Of a stretch of 64,000 bases of DNA, positions 1 through 23,876 are shown piece after piece. Origin of the DNA: the human T2T-CHM13v2.0 reference genome, Homo sapiens. The translations under genes were made by a program, and so were the position numbers. Every line of letters starts with the position of its first letter. Positions within the stretch are counted from its first letter, which is position 1. The notes beneath the pieces were generated by a model. It searched no databases, was not told the DNA's origin, and saw nothing but the letters and a program-made list of their open reading frames with translations. Location: the NCBI RefSeq assembly GCF_009914755.1, contig NC_060936.1, one strand, 5' to 3'.

Positions 1-530
1 CTATTTTAAAATCTGAGTAGACTTATACATTAAAATATATTTCACATAAGCTTCATTTACTACTAAATCAGCAGTTTAAATGTTTGATTTTGCTGGCACT
101 TGACTTGGCATCGAAGTAGTTTCACTGCAGCAGTAAGCTGCATCGCCTAAGCCCTGAATGGTTACTTGGCGTTGGTTTGTGATTCTGAAACATCACTATA
201 TCAATGTTAACATTACTTGGCCTTAAGAAAACCATGTATAACAAGAAAAATCTGGTGTGTGTGTTTCTTTGATAAGTATTTTTCCTTAAACCGCAAATTC
301 AGTAAATAACTAAAGAAAAATTTGTGAAAACTTCCTTAAAAAATGTATGTGAAAAGGTATTGAGAGAACCAGTTACATTTTGGGTTTAATATGGGAATTT
401 TCCGAGTTCTTATTATTTGTTCCTTTTATATCATAAGAATTATATGGAACTTGTATTTTTCATTGCTTGCCTAAGTGAGAGGTAAGCTTCAGTAGACTAA
501 GCAAGTAATCTATTTAATTGTATTTTAAAG

Positions 531-615
531 CTATTTCATGCAGTGCAAAGATTGCAAAGAGTACAAAACCAGCTGAAAAGCATGCGCCAAGCTGCAGCAG
601 ATGCAAAGCCTGAAA
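531..615 (+). CDS. IFT81: IFT81 coding exon (approx. exon 8), [28 protein letters not shown](S)
   Basis: tattttaaag| acceptor and |gtaagt donor; 85 nt; translation matches the IFT81 protein as I recall it; last base A joins GT of the next exon to give Ser. Confidence 0.96.
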
Positions 616-820
616 GTAAGTGGAAATTATTATATGGTATAGATGATTAGAAAATATTAATTTAAATCACGATCTTCCTAAAAAATCAATTTGTGAGAAT
701 TAGTTATCATCAAGTGATGTCTCAGCATTTTGGAACATCATTTCCTAGCTGGAGAAGGAGAGCCCTGATAAAGACATCCCTGGGTTTTCACCAGATGTTT
801 TTAAAAATTCCTAACCAGAT

Positions 821-1520
<700 letters not shown>

Positions 1521-2187
1521 AAGGACTTAGCATGGACGTTGTGAAAATGATGGTTGGAAAAATTATGAATCATTGTTTTAAAGCCAGGGCTATAAAGAAA
1601 AAGAATAGAATGCTGGATCCTTAAAACCGAGTGTTTTTCATATTTTGGTTTGTAGAATAACAGTGCTAATGACGTAGGTATCTCTGGCTCTGTTCTTACA
1701 TTAGCTTAACACAGAGGATAAACTGTCCTAACAGCCCAGATTACACCACCAGATCCATCCTAGGCATTTTACAAAGCATTTTTGCTTGTCAGAAGAAAGA
1801 CCACGCAAACTGAAAGAGCAGTGGAAAGCTCTCATTTGTACTGGAGAACTATCCCAATGTAAATAGCTGATAGAGGGTTAATTCATCTTTCTGTAGTAAT
1901 CTATGAAATTCTACAAGAGCAGGGAGCAGGAGGTTAAGGAGTTCCTACTTCGTTGACATCTTTCTGGGAAGTGGAAAGTGATCTGTTCACAGCCTAGGAA
2001 AAGGGTAGATTAAACATATTTAATTGATCCAGGTATTTAGTTTAATAAGCTCTAACTTTTCAGTAACAAAAAAGGCTTACAAAAGCTAATGTTTACTTAA
2101 ATAACAAAAAGTACTTTTAGTATGACAGTATAATTTGTCTTTTTGCAGAGTAACAGCTATATTATAAAACATTCACTGAGGTTAATC

Positions 2188-3845
<1,658 letters not shown>

Positions 3846-3869
3846 AGCACATATTTAAAATGTATTAAA

Positions 3870-4047
3870 TTTTTTTTTTTAATTTTACTTTAAGTTTTGG
3901 GTTACATGTGCTGAATATGCAGGTTTGCTACATAAGTATACATGTGCCATGGTGGTTTGCTGCACCTATCAACCTGTCATCTAGGTTTTAAGCTCCGCAC
4001 ACATTAAGTATTTGTCTGAATGCTCTTCCCCTTTCCTCCCATGCCCT
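3870..4047 (-). mobile_element. 5'-truncated L1PA 3' end, inserted in an older L1M fragment
   Basis: polyT then ...catgtgccatggtggtttgctgcacctatcaacc..., typical of the L1PA 3'UTR; flanking taaaatgtat / taaagtgtat. Confidence 0.8.
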
Positions 4048-4443
4048 AAAGTGTATCCTTGATTACTTTTGACATACGCATACACTGGTGAAACCATCAG
4101 CTTTTAATCAAGATCACAAACCTATCCATCACCCCAGACATTTCCACTGACTCTTTTTAATGTCTCACTCTTGCCCCCTTCTGCCTTTCTGTCCCTCCCC
4201 AGGCAACCATGGATTTGCTTTCTGTCACTATAAATCAGTTTATATTTGCTAGAATTAGAAACTTTTTTTTAAATAGAGAAAATATTATTTGAGAATTTTA
4301 AATCTTTAAAAACATTTTAGTCTTTGATTCCATGCATCTCTAATTACATGGGGTACACTTAAGAACCTGAGGATGGAAAAGCTGGTCATCTAACAGACAA
4401 AGAAGTCAGGATGTAGATTTAATCGAAAACCACATAGGAATGA

Positions 4444-6680
<2,237 letters not shown>

Positions 6681-7121
6681 ATACATATGTATATATATAG
6701 CATTAAAAGTATTCCAAAAGAAAAAAAATACATGATCATCTGTATAAAAGAGCACCTGGGTTAGATTTTATTTGTGTTATCATTTGGTTCATGGGTCTCT
6801 TAAATGCTTAGAAGGTAAAATATGACCCAACAATGTATCTGGCTCAGCACATGTTATTTTTGCGTATTGCGGGATATAAAAGAATTAGGTTATAATTTGA
6901 AAGGGTCATAATAGCACTTTTTCTATAATTATTTAAATATTCTTCCATGTAAATTATGTTTCTTCATTTTCATTGTAATTAACAATAAAATATTTCAATG
7001 GCCAATCTTTTATTGTACTATGCTATATATTATACAGTTTGTTTTCAACAAATATGCCGTATCCAGGTCTTATATTTAAAATAGTATACAGAATATCACT
7101 GTACCTACTCTTTTGGGCTGA

Positions 7122-7349
<228 letters not shown>

Positions 7350-7751
7350 TGATCCCCAGTCCTATAAAATTATGTGAACTGCTTTCTGTAGTATCCCACT
7401 ATTGACTCTTAAATTAACCTGTGCTAAGAGTTGACAACTCTTATGAGGAATTGTCCTTTATGAGGAATTATAGAATGTTATGCTATTACTTAATCCACAT
7501 GATGTTATGAAAACATAATCAATTGATTAGCAAATGAAGTAACTTAAATATGTAAATTAATGCATATGAATTGACCAGTGGGTTTATGTCTTCATAATGT
7601 AAGCATTTAGATGGGAAATTTGGAAATATTTTAATTGTCATTAATTTTTATTTCCAAGCAAAATATTATAGCAATTTTATATTTAAAGCTAATATTTTTA
7701 TTAACCTTGTATACCTGCCTTGGAATTACTAAATATTGTAATGCTTATTGA

Positions 7752-9872
<2,121 letters not shown>

Positions 9873-10713
9873 TAATCTGGCTAAAATTTAATGTCACAGA
9901 ATTAGGGTTAGGGTTAGAGAGAACTCTAATCTTTCAAAGGATGGATACACTGAAAACCATGGTTTTTGTTTTGATATGTTGAGGAACTATATGCTTCTGT
10001 CAGATTTATTCAGTTTTATTACATTTTGGAAAGATTTAGATTAATGATTAGGATAAATGATAGTTATCGAAGAATCACAGATTATTAGCACAGGAAGGGT
10101 GTTATCCCTGTCAACTGTCAGCTGGGTTCATGAATCATTGTAATAAATCCCTGGTGCATATTTGTTCACATTTGCTTTATCACTTTCAGTGACTTGAAGT
10201 CACAACGTAGGTGAGGGGATAACTTCAGATTTTTAGAAAGCATCTTTGTGGTAATGTATAAATATTTCATGTAAAATACTTTAGGATAATTTAGACATAG
10301 ATGATTAAATCTATATAAGTAATCAAACTGTGTAATTATATGTCATGAAATGTAAATTGTTTCTAAAGGTAATCATAACAAGCTCCCCATAACATTAATG
10401 AAACTGTTTTGCCCATCAGAGACTTAATGTTAAGAACTGTAAATTCCAGATGGGTGCCATGGCTCACGTCTGTAATCCCAGCACTTTGGGAGGCCAAGGT
10501 GGGAGGATCACTTGAGCCCAGGAATTCAAAATCAGTCTGGGCAACATAGCAAGACCCCATCTCTTAAAAAAAAAATTAGTCTAGGTGAAACTGAGACCTT
10601 GTCTTTAAAAAAAAAGAACCATAAATTCAAAGCTGGTTTGGCCAGACGTCACTTAGTTTGTGTACTTATAGGGAAAGTTTTAACTTTTTTTTTTTGCTTT
10701 CATGCTATTTTAG

Positions 10714-10845
<132 letters not shown>

Positions 10846-13000
10846 TAAGCATATTCATGAACCACTGGCTGTGTTATCTATAGTCTTAAAGTGAGAAGGA
10901 AGTAGAGAATAAATGTTGTTCTGTCACTGCTAATCTCCATAGTATATCAAAGAATTAGTGGAAAAGCCACAAAAGATGCTTATTCAAGTTTGAAATTACG
11001 ATACCCCTAATAATGCTTAGTTTCCTTAGCATGTACGAACTGTGGTAATAGAGCTATTTGTGTTTGTATCTGTGACTGTGGAATTTATTTTTAAAATGAA
11101 AACTTACCTTAGGTGGTATAAATAAAAATATTTATAATTTTTAATGAGTTAATAACAGTATGCTTTTTCAAGTTTAAAGTTAGTTTGCAAGTGTAGAATA
11201 AATTAAATTTTAGTGCTAAAGCATTTATTATTTTATCCACAACTAAATTGTCACTTAGTTTTTGAGGGTACTTATCTTGTTGTATATTTCTATAAAAGAT
11301 TCAAATGAAGGCCATGGCTTATCTGAAAAGAACCAAGGCAGGAGGATTTTAGTGTGAAGAGCACTCTACAACCTCAGAAAATACTAAGCTACATAACAAA
11401 GCATTATTTAAGGACATTAGAATTTTTTAAAACCTTTATAACGGAAAATTTCAATCAATTACAAAGGTAGAGGCAAATTGTTCAATAAACCCTCATGTGT
11501 CCCTGAGCTACAGGGCTCATGGCCATTCTTGTTTCCTCTATACTGCCAACCCCAACTATATTATTTTGAAGCATATCTTAGACTTCATCATAACATTTCA
11601 TCTATAAATGTTTCAGAATATATATCTAAAAGATAAAGGCTTTTTAACTTAACCACAACATACCACATCTGAAAATTTTAATAATTCCTTAATATCAGAA
11701 AATATTCAGTCAGCCAGGAAATCAATGACATTCCCTTGTCTCTCTTTTTTTCAATTAAGATCCATATAGGATTCATATATTGCATTTGGCTGATAAGTTA
11801 TTTATTTATTTATTTATTTTTTGCTGTCACCTATCTGTCCCAGAAAGTTTGTCTCTTTTAATCCATATGTTCTCTTCCCATCGATTTATCTATTTAGTGC
11901 TTTTTGGCAATATATGTGTTGACAAAACTGGTTCATTTTTCCCATGATATTTCTAACAGTTTGTGTTTTACTGATTGCAACCCTATGGTGTTGTTTTACC
12001 ATGTTCATTTGTTTCCCGTATTTCCTATAAATTAGAACTAGGAGCTTGAACAGATCTGGTTTGATTTTTTTTTGGCAAGAAAACTTTCTAGGTGGTATTA
12101 CATACTTTTATTTGGAAGTGATAATGCTCGGTTGTCTGAGCAGCCACTTACTATTATTGCTCATTGCTTATCCATTAATTTTATTATAAATTATAAAATA
12201 TTCATATTTTGATTCCTTCTTCATTTATTAGCTAGACTACTTTTTTTTTTTCTTTTGAGATGGAGTCTCACTGTCACCCAGGCTAGAGTGCAGTGGTGCG
12301 ATCTCGGCTCACTGCAACCTCCGCCTCCCAGGTTCAAGCAATTCCCTGCTTCATCCTCCTGAGTAGCTGGGATTACAGGTGCCCACCACCATGCCTGGCT
12401 AATTTTTGTATATTTAGTAGAGACAGGGTTTCACCATCTTGGCCAGGCTGGTCTTGAACTCCTGACCTCATGATCCACCCGCCTTGGCCTCCCAAAGTGC
12501 TGGGATTACAGGTGTGAGCCACCGTGCCTGGCCCTGGACTACTTTTATAAAGAGAAAACCTCTCATCAACTATTTGGTTATCCTGAGTTATAGTTCATAT
12601 AGGATAGGCAGGGTACATGCTTTGTTTTTATCATTATTTATCAGTTTTCATAATGAATTTGTTTCCTCTAACTCATTTGCATCCTCCAACAGTGAAGTGA
12701 TCAATTAGGGCTATTTTTTGTTGTTTTTTGTTTATTTAATCTCATTATGAATCCTAGACATTATAAGTTTTAAACAGTATCCTTAATGATGCTCAAATTG
12801 TCCCAGTTTTGGCTAATGGGAGGCTTTTCAAGTTAACTTTTGACTTCTTTTCAGATTCTAGTGGTCTTTGATAATTTCCTTGCTTTCTGCATTATTTAAG
12901 TCATTTCTAGGCTCATCGTTTACATTTCCTACTCTAGACCTGGAATTAGGCTTTCTTCTATGAACCTGGTTTGTTTTAGCAGGAAATGGTATTTAGAAAC

Positions 13001-13810
13001 TGAAACAGGGAAAGTTCCCTTGTCCCCATCGCAGGGCATGTGACAGGGGGAGTGGCTCGCTTCTTTAGTGCCCCACTGCTCAAACCTCTAGAGGAGGTAT
13101 AGACAGGCAGGTTGTGGGGCTCTGTCCCCACAGCAGTGTCTAAGGGTGAATGTTTACAGCGGAAGCCCCAGTGGGCATGTGTTACAGTGTGCTCTTTTAG
13201 TTTAGCCATCCATAGGCGGCTTGTGTTAGTCAGCTCAATTAGACCCCTACCTTATCACAAGGACAGAGGGCTTTCTGTATCCCTGGGGTTCTTGTCTTGG
13301 TGTACCGGAAGAACGGATCACATGTGCTCTTGGAGAATGGGTGTAAGGTTTTATGGAAGTAGCTTTCAGCAGATAGGGGAGCCCGAAGGGAGATGGTTTT
13401 CCCTTGGAGTCAGGCCGCCGAGTGGCCTGACTCTTCTTTGACCACCCTGACTCTTCTCCCACTGCCCCATCCTAACTCTGCGTCGTTCTGCCAGTCAATG
13501 GCCTAGGTCAGTCAGTGGCCTGCCAGTGCCTGTCGGTGTCTCTAGGTATCAAGCCACTTGTGTCTTCTTCAGCCGATCTCCTCTTGATGTCCAGCCACTT
13601 GTGTGTCTGCCTGCTAGGGTCCCGGGGGTTTTTATAGGCACAGGATGGGGGCATGGCAGACCAGGGTGGTCTCGGGAAATGCAACATTTGGGCATGAAGG
13701 CAGGAGTGCCTGTCCTCACCTAGGTCCATGGGGACAGACCTGGGGGTGGAGCCCTCACCAGGGACCATGCCCTCCTCTACCCAGCACTTCCCTGCCCCAC
13801 TTCTGTATCA
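13001..13810 (-). mobile_element. Solo ERV1 LTR, LTR1-like, antisense
   Basis: TG...CA termini, 4-bp TSD AAAC (12997-13000, 13811-13814); minus-strand start tgatacagaagtggggcagggaagtgctggg; TATAAAAA on minus at 13629-13636. Confidence 0.8.
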
Positions 13811-13831
13811 AAACCACAGTCTGGGTGTTAG

Positions 13832-14161
<330 letters not shown>

Positions 14162-16983
14162 TAGGTCTTTTCAGTGGACCAGGCTAGGAGGTATTTCTTT
14201 CTCTTTCTTTTTCATAAAGTACACCATCAGTGCATACTAATCCTTCCAGTTCAGATTCAGGACTACTTGGTTTTACTTAGTCTCGTCAATCTCACATCTT
14301 TTTCCTTATCCCACGTTGAAAATCTTGGTTCTTAGTAACATCAACATAATTTAATTCATAATTTGCTTTTGTCCAGTGGAACCAACATAAATTTATCATT
14401 TTTATAATATTAATCCACATTTTACACACAACAGTCTCAGAATAAAAGTACCAGTAATACCATCAAGAATATGATTACTACTGAAAATTGGTCTTTAGTT
14501 CATTTTGTTTTTGGGGTATATATTCAAATAAGTTTCCAGCATCTATTCCTGTGCTTCCACCCTATTCTTTCCTTCCCACATAGGTATTTTTTAAATTTCA
14601 CACTTTATTATTCCATTAGAAATATTATATAGACGTATATACTCATATCTCACTTCTTAGGGAAAGAAGAACATATTAAACACACTCTTCTTCTCCTTGC
14701 ATTTTTTCTTCTTAACAATATATGCTGGTGATCATTCCATAGTAGAAAAAATTTTGTTCCTTTTTAAAAATACCTTGATTGAGATATAATTCACATACCA
14801 TATAATTCACCCATTTAAAGTGTACACTTCAGTGGTATTTTAGTGTATTTATAGTTTGTGCAACCATCACCACAATCAATTTTAGAACAATTTTATCACC
14901 CCTAAAAGAAACCCCAAACACATTAGCACCCACTTTCCATTTCTCCCCTAAACCCCCAATTTCAACTGATTTGAGACAAAATCAGTCTCTATAGATTTGC
15001 CTGTCATGCACATTTCATATAAATGGAATATTTTAATATGTTATTCCTTGTCATTGGCTTCTTTCACTTAGCGTAACATTTTTAAAGTCCATCCATGTTG
15101 TAGTATATGTATCAGTACATCATTCCTTTTTAATTGCTGACTAATACTCCATTGTATAGCTACATCATGTTTTGTTTATCCATTCATTGGTTGATGGACA
15201 TTTAGGTTGTTTTCACTTTTTGGCTATTATGAGTAATGCTACTATGAACATTCTTATACAAGTTTTTGTGTGGATATATGGGATTTTAAAATTATTTTCT
15301 AAATTGACAAATACAAATTGTTTATATTTATGGTATACAACATGATGTTTTGAAATATGTATACATCATGGAATGGCTAAATCAAACTAATAAACATATG
15401 CATTACCTCACATACTTATTGTTTTGTGGTGAGAACACTTAACATCTATCCTCTTAACAATTTTCAAGTGTTAAGATACATTAACTATAATTATGATATT
15501 ATACAAAGATCTCTTGAATTTATTCCCCCAACTGAAATTTTGTATCCTTTGACCAGTATCTTTCCAATCTGTATACCTCCCTAATCCCCTGATAACCACC
15601 ATTCTACTCTTCTGCTTCCATGAGTTCAGCTTTTTAAGATTCCACATGTGAGTGAGATCATGCACTATTTGTCTTTCTGTGCCTGGCTTATTTCATTTAA
15701 CATAGTGTCCTTCAGGCTCATCCATGTTGTTGTAAATGACAGGATTTCCTTCTTTTTTAAGGCTGAATAGTATTCCATTATGTATATACCACATTTTCTT
15801 TATCTATTCATTCACTGATGGATACATGGGTTGATTCCATATGTTGACCATTGAAATTAATGCTGCAATGACCATGTAAATGCAGATATCTCTTAAATAT
15901 ACTGATTTTTATTTCCCTTGGATATATACACACTAGTGGGATTGCTGGATTATATGCTAGCTCTATTTTTAATTTTTGAGGACCCTCCATACTGTTTTCT
16001 ATAATGGCTATACTAATTTACATTCCCATCCACAGTGTACCAGAGTTCCCTTTTCTTCACATTGTCACCACCACTTGTTATCTTGTGTCATTTTGATAGT
16101 AGCCATTCTAACAGTTGTGAGGTGATAGCTCATTTTTAAATTTACATTTCCTTGATGATTAGGGATGCTGAGCATTTTTTCACATACCCATTGGCCATTT
16201 GTATGTCTTTAATAAATGTCTCTTTAGGTTCTTTGCCCATTGTTTAATCAGGTTATCTGTTTTTTTGATATTGAGTTGAGTTCCTTATATATTTTGGATG
16301 TTAACCCCATTTTTGAATTGGGTTGTTTGGTTTTTTGTTGTTGGGTTTTAGGAGTTCTCTGTATATTCTGGATTTTTTTTTTTCTTAGAGATAGGGTCTC
16401 ACTCTATTGCCCAGGCTGGAGTGTGTCATCATAGCTCACTGCAGCCTTGAACTCCTGGGCCCAAGTGATTCTCCCTCCTCAGTCTCCCAAGTAGCTGAGA
16501 CTACAGGTACCTGCCACTGCACCTGGCTAATTTTTTGTAGAGATGGGATCTTCCTACAGTGCCCAGTCTGGTCTGCAATCCCTTCAAGAGATCCTCCCGC
16601 CTGGACTTCCCAAAGTACTGGGATTACAAGCATCAGCCACCATGCCTGGCTTATTCGGGATGTTAATCCCGCATCAGATATATGATTTGCAAATATTTTC
16701 TCCCATTCTGTGTGTTGCCTTTTTACTCTGTTGACAGTGTCTTTTGATGCACAAAAGTTTTAAATTCTCATGAAGTCCAATTTGTCTAATTTTTTCTTTT
16801 GTTGCCTGTGCTTTTGGTGTCATATCCAATAAATCATCGCTAAATCCAGTGTTGTGAAACATTTGCCCTATGTTTCCTTCTAACAGTCTTATGCTGTTCC
16901 CTAACAGTAATACTGGCCTCAGAAAATGAGTTAGGAAGTTATGCTACTCTTCAACTTATTGTAAAAGTTTGAGAAGGATTTGA

Positions 16984-17763
<780 letters not shown>

Positions 17764-19034
17764 AGACAAAGTCTCGCTCTGTCACCTCGGCTGGAGTGCA
17801 GTGGCATGATCTCAGCTCACGGCAACCTCCGCCTCCTGGGATCAAGCAATTCTCTGCCTCAGCCTTCCAAGTAGCTGAGATTACAGGTGCCTGCCACCAC
17901 CCTTAGCTAATTTTTCTGTATTTTTAGTAGAGACGGGGTTTCACCATCTTGGCCAGTCTGGTCTTGAACTCCTGACCTCATGATAGACCTGCCTTGGCCT
18001 CCCAAAGTGCTAGGATTACAGAGCTTGCAATGAGCCGAGATCACGCCATTGCACTCCAGCCCAGGCAACAGTGTGAGACACTATCTCAAAAAAAAAAAAA
18101 AGTATTTTTGGCCGGGTGCGGTGACTCACGCCTGTAGTCCCAGCACTTTGGGAGGCTGAGGCAGGCAGATCACATGAGGCTAGGAGTTCAAGACCAGCCT
18201 GGCCAACATGGTGAAACCCTGTCTCTGTTAAAAACACAAAAATTAGCCGGGCATGATGGTGCATGTCTGTAATCCCAGCTACTCGGGAGGCTGAGATGGA
18301 AAAATTGAACCCGGGAGGTAGAGGTTGCAGTGAGTCAAGATCATGCCTCTGCATTACAGCCTGGGTGACAGAGCAAGACTCTGTCTCACAAAAAAAAAAA
18401 AAAAAGAAAAAGAAAGAAAGAAAAAAATGTATTTTTAATTTCCACAAATTTGTGAATTTACCAGTTTTATTTCTGTTGATGATTTCTAACTTCATCCTGT
18501 TGTAGTCAAATAAGATACTCTGTATGATATCTATCTTTTAAAATCTATTGAAACTTTTTTTTGGCCACAGTCTCACTCTGTCACCCAGGCTGGAGTGCAG
18601 TGGTGAGATCTCAGCCTCTATATGTCTCAGTTTTCTATATGTCTGCTAAATCTAGTTGATTTATTTTGTTGTTTAAGTCCTGTATTTTCTAACTTATATT
18701 CTGTTTGTTCTATCCATTATTGAGACTGAATGTTGAAGTCTCAAGCTATTATTATACAATTGTCTTTTTCTGTGTTCAATTCTGTCAGTTTTTGCTTCAT
18801 ATATTTTGATGGTCTGTCATTAGGTGTGAAAATATTTATAATTGCTTATAATCTTGCTGTATTGAACCTTTTATTAATAATGTCCTTCTTTGTCTCTTGT
18901 ACTCTTTGAAAATTTAAAGTTATTTCATCTGTTATTAATATAGTCACTCTGTTGTCTTTTGTTTACTATTTGAATGGAATATCTTTTTCTATCCTTTCAC
19001 TTTCAGTTTAGTTATGTCTTTGGATCTAAAATGA

Positions 19035-19418
<384 letters not shown>

Positions 19419-20200
19419 TAGATAATCAATCTATTTATATTTAATTACTGATAAACAGCAACTTCTGTCATTTTGCTATTTGCTTTCTATATGCATTGTA
19501 GCTTTTTTGTTCCTCGTTTCCTGCTTTACTGTCTTTTGTGTTTAGTTGATTTTTTTATGGTGAAATGTTTAAATTCCTTTCTCATTTCCTTTGTGTATAT
19601 TCTATAGCTATTTTCTTTGTGGTTACCATGGGGATTACATCCTGAAGTTATATCACTGTAATTTGAATTTATACAAGTTTAACTTCAATAACATATAAAA
19701 ACTCTGCTCCATTACAGCTCCATCCCCACCCCTTTCAGTTGTTCATGTCACAAAATGACATCTTTACACATTGTGTGCCCCAAAACATAAACTAACAATC
19801 CTTTTAAATGCATTAATCTCTTAAATTATATCTTTTACACATTGTATGCCCAAAACATAAACTAATAATTCTTTTAAATGTGTTAATCTCTTAAATTATA
19901 TACAAAACAAAATGTGGAGATATAAACCAAAATTACAGTAATACTAGCCATTCAGCTATTAATAATAATTGTGTTGTTTTAAATGTATAGTCTCTTAAAT
20001 TATGTAGAGAACAAAAAGTGGATTTACAGACCGTTGTTACACTAATACTATCTTTCATAATTGCTCATGTATTTGCCTTTATTGGGATCTTTCTTTCTTA
20101 TACAGCTTTGAGTTACTTCCTAGTATCTTTTCATTTCACCTTTCAGGACTTATTTGAGCATTTCTTCCAAGGCAAGTCTAGTTGTAACAAACTCCCTTAG

Positions 20201-20570
<370 letters not shown>

Positions 20571-20779
20571 TGAAGGACAGTTTTGCCAGATATATGATTC
20601 TTGGTTGACAATTCTTTCTCTTAGCATCTTGATATATTATCCCACTGCTTTCTGGCCTCCAAAGTTTCTGATTAGAAATTTGCTGATGATCTTATTGAGG
20701 ATCTCTTGTATGTGACTAGTCAGTCTCTTGATGCCTTCAGAATGTTCTCTTTGCCTTTGGCTTTTGACAGTTTGATTTT

Positions 20780-21232
<453 letters not shown>

Positions 21233-22174
21233 ACAGTTTGATTTTAATGTGTCTCAGTGTATGTCTCTTTCAGTTCATCTTTCTTGGAGTTTCTTCTTCT
21301 TCTTAGATGTTTATATTTGTATTTAATCAAATTGATGAAGTTTTCATACATTATTTCTTCATATATTCTATCTGTCCCTTTCTCTTTGTCTTTTCCTTCT
21401 GGGACTCCCACAGTGCATATACTGGCCTACTTAATGGTATCCCACATATCCCTTAGGCTCTGTTCACTTTTCTTCAATATTTTTCTCTTCCTATTTCTCA
21501 GACTTGATAATTTCTATTGTCCTGTCTTCAAGTTCATGGATTCTTTTGTCTGCCTTCCCAAATCTGCCTTTGAATACCTCTAGTGAATTTTTAATTTCAA
21601 TATTGCACTTTTTAGCTCCAGGATTTCTTTTTGCTTTCTTTTTAGGTTTTCCCTGTATTGGCATTTCTATTTTGTTAATACATTGTTTTCTTGATGTTCT
21701 CCACATCTTCATGAGTTCTTTGAGCATCTTTAAGACAGTAGTTTTAAAGTCTTTATCTAGTTGATCTGCCATCAGGTCTCTTTCAGAGAATTTCTATTCA
21801 TTCATTTTATTCTTTTGTTTTTATTTTTATTTTTATTTTATTTTATTTTTGAGACAGAGTATCACTCCATTGTCCAGGTGGAGTGCAGTGGCATGATCTC
21901 AACTCACTGCAACCTCCACCTCCTGGGTTCATGCAATTCTCCTGCCTCAGCCTCCTGAGTAGCTGGGATTATAGGCTAATACAAAAATTAGCCATCACAC
22001 CTGGCTAATTTTTGTATTTTTAGTAGAGACAGGTTTCACCATGTTGGCCAGACTGGTCTTGGAACTCCTGACCTCAAGTGATTCACCTGCTTTGGCCTCC
22101 CAAAGTGGTAGGATTACAGGCATGAGCCACTGTGCCTGGCCTGTTTTCAAATTTTTTTAACAATTTTATTCTAA

Positions 22175-22348
<174 letters not shown>

Positions 22349-22351
22349 TGA

Positions 22352-22585
<234 letters not shown>

Positions 22586-23106
22586 TGATCCACCCGCCTC
22601 AGCCTCCCAAAGTGCTGGGATTACAGGCGTGAGCCACCGCGCCCGGCCAATTTTTTGTATTTTTAGTAGAGATGGGGTTTCACCATGTTAGCCAGGATGA
22701 TCTCGATCTCCTGACCTCGTGATCCGCCCGCCTCAGCCTCCCAAAGTGCTGGGATTACAAGTGTGAGCCACTGCGCCTGGCTGTGATTTTTTTGATTGAA
22801 AAGTGGACATTGGAATCTCATAATGTAGTAACTCTGGAAATTAGGTTCTCTCTTTTCCCAGGGGTTTACTGTTTTTTGTTATAGTTTTTGTTTTTTTGAT
22901 TGGTGTAGACTGCACCAAAGGATAGGCTAAAGTGTAAAGTTAAGATAGGCTGGGCACAGTGGCTTATGCCTATAATCTCAGCACTTTGGGAGACCAAGAT
23001 GTGTGGTTGAGCTCAGGAGTTTGAGACTAACCTGGGCAACATGGCAAGGTCTCTACTAAAAACACAGAAATATACCTGGGCGTGGTGGTGTGTACCTGTG
23101 GTCTCA

Positions 23107-23279
<173 letters not shown>

Positions 23280-23876
23280 CTAAATTTTCCCATATATGCA
23301 GTTGCTTTTTAATGTCTTAGTCTTAAATGTCTGGCTTCCAAAAGGGGAGAATGAGAAAAACTAAAGGGACAGAAAAAAGGATCCGGACCTATAATTCCTC
23401 TAGAAGTCACTTCAGTAAGAGGGGGAGGGACTTGCAATAATGGTGGAAGATGCAACAATGGCCTCCCTCTCTTTGTCTGCACCTCTGTGATCAGAAGCAG
23501 CGCATAGATCCCCAGTATTGGAGGACTAGGTCTTTTCTGTTCACACTTGCTCCAGCAAGCTGTGTGCATGCTGCACCAGGAACATGTGTTTGGGGCTGGA
23601 GGTGGGGGATGGGACCTGCTATTGTGCTAAGGGTTGAAATTGATTGAAATTAGCCTCACTTTACTGTCCAAGCTTTCCACTGGATGTTGCAAGCACTCAG
23701 TATTCCAACAATTACACTGGTAGAATCTGTGTGATGTAATTATTTTGGAACACCAGAGAAACTGTTCACTAGGTGAGGAGACAGATTTTGGGTGCTTCCT
23801 ACTCCACCACCTTCTCAGAATCTCGCCTCCTCAAACGGTTTCGAAACTCTTTTTTGTAAAATTTATGCCTACCTAT

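Noticed and set aside
478-487. Strong 5' splice-site-like GAG|gtaagc 49 nt upstream of the first exon
   Set aside because: An intron to 530 would be below the minimal size, and no convincing partner acceptor or ORF was found upstream
9902-9918. TTAGGGTTAGGGTTAGA telomere-like motif
   Set aside because: Fewer than three units; expected by chance, not a supportable interstitial telomeric repeat
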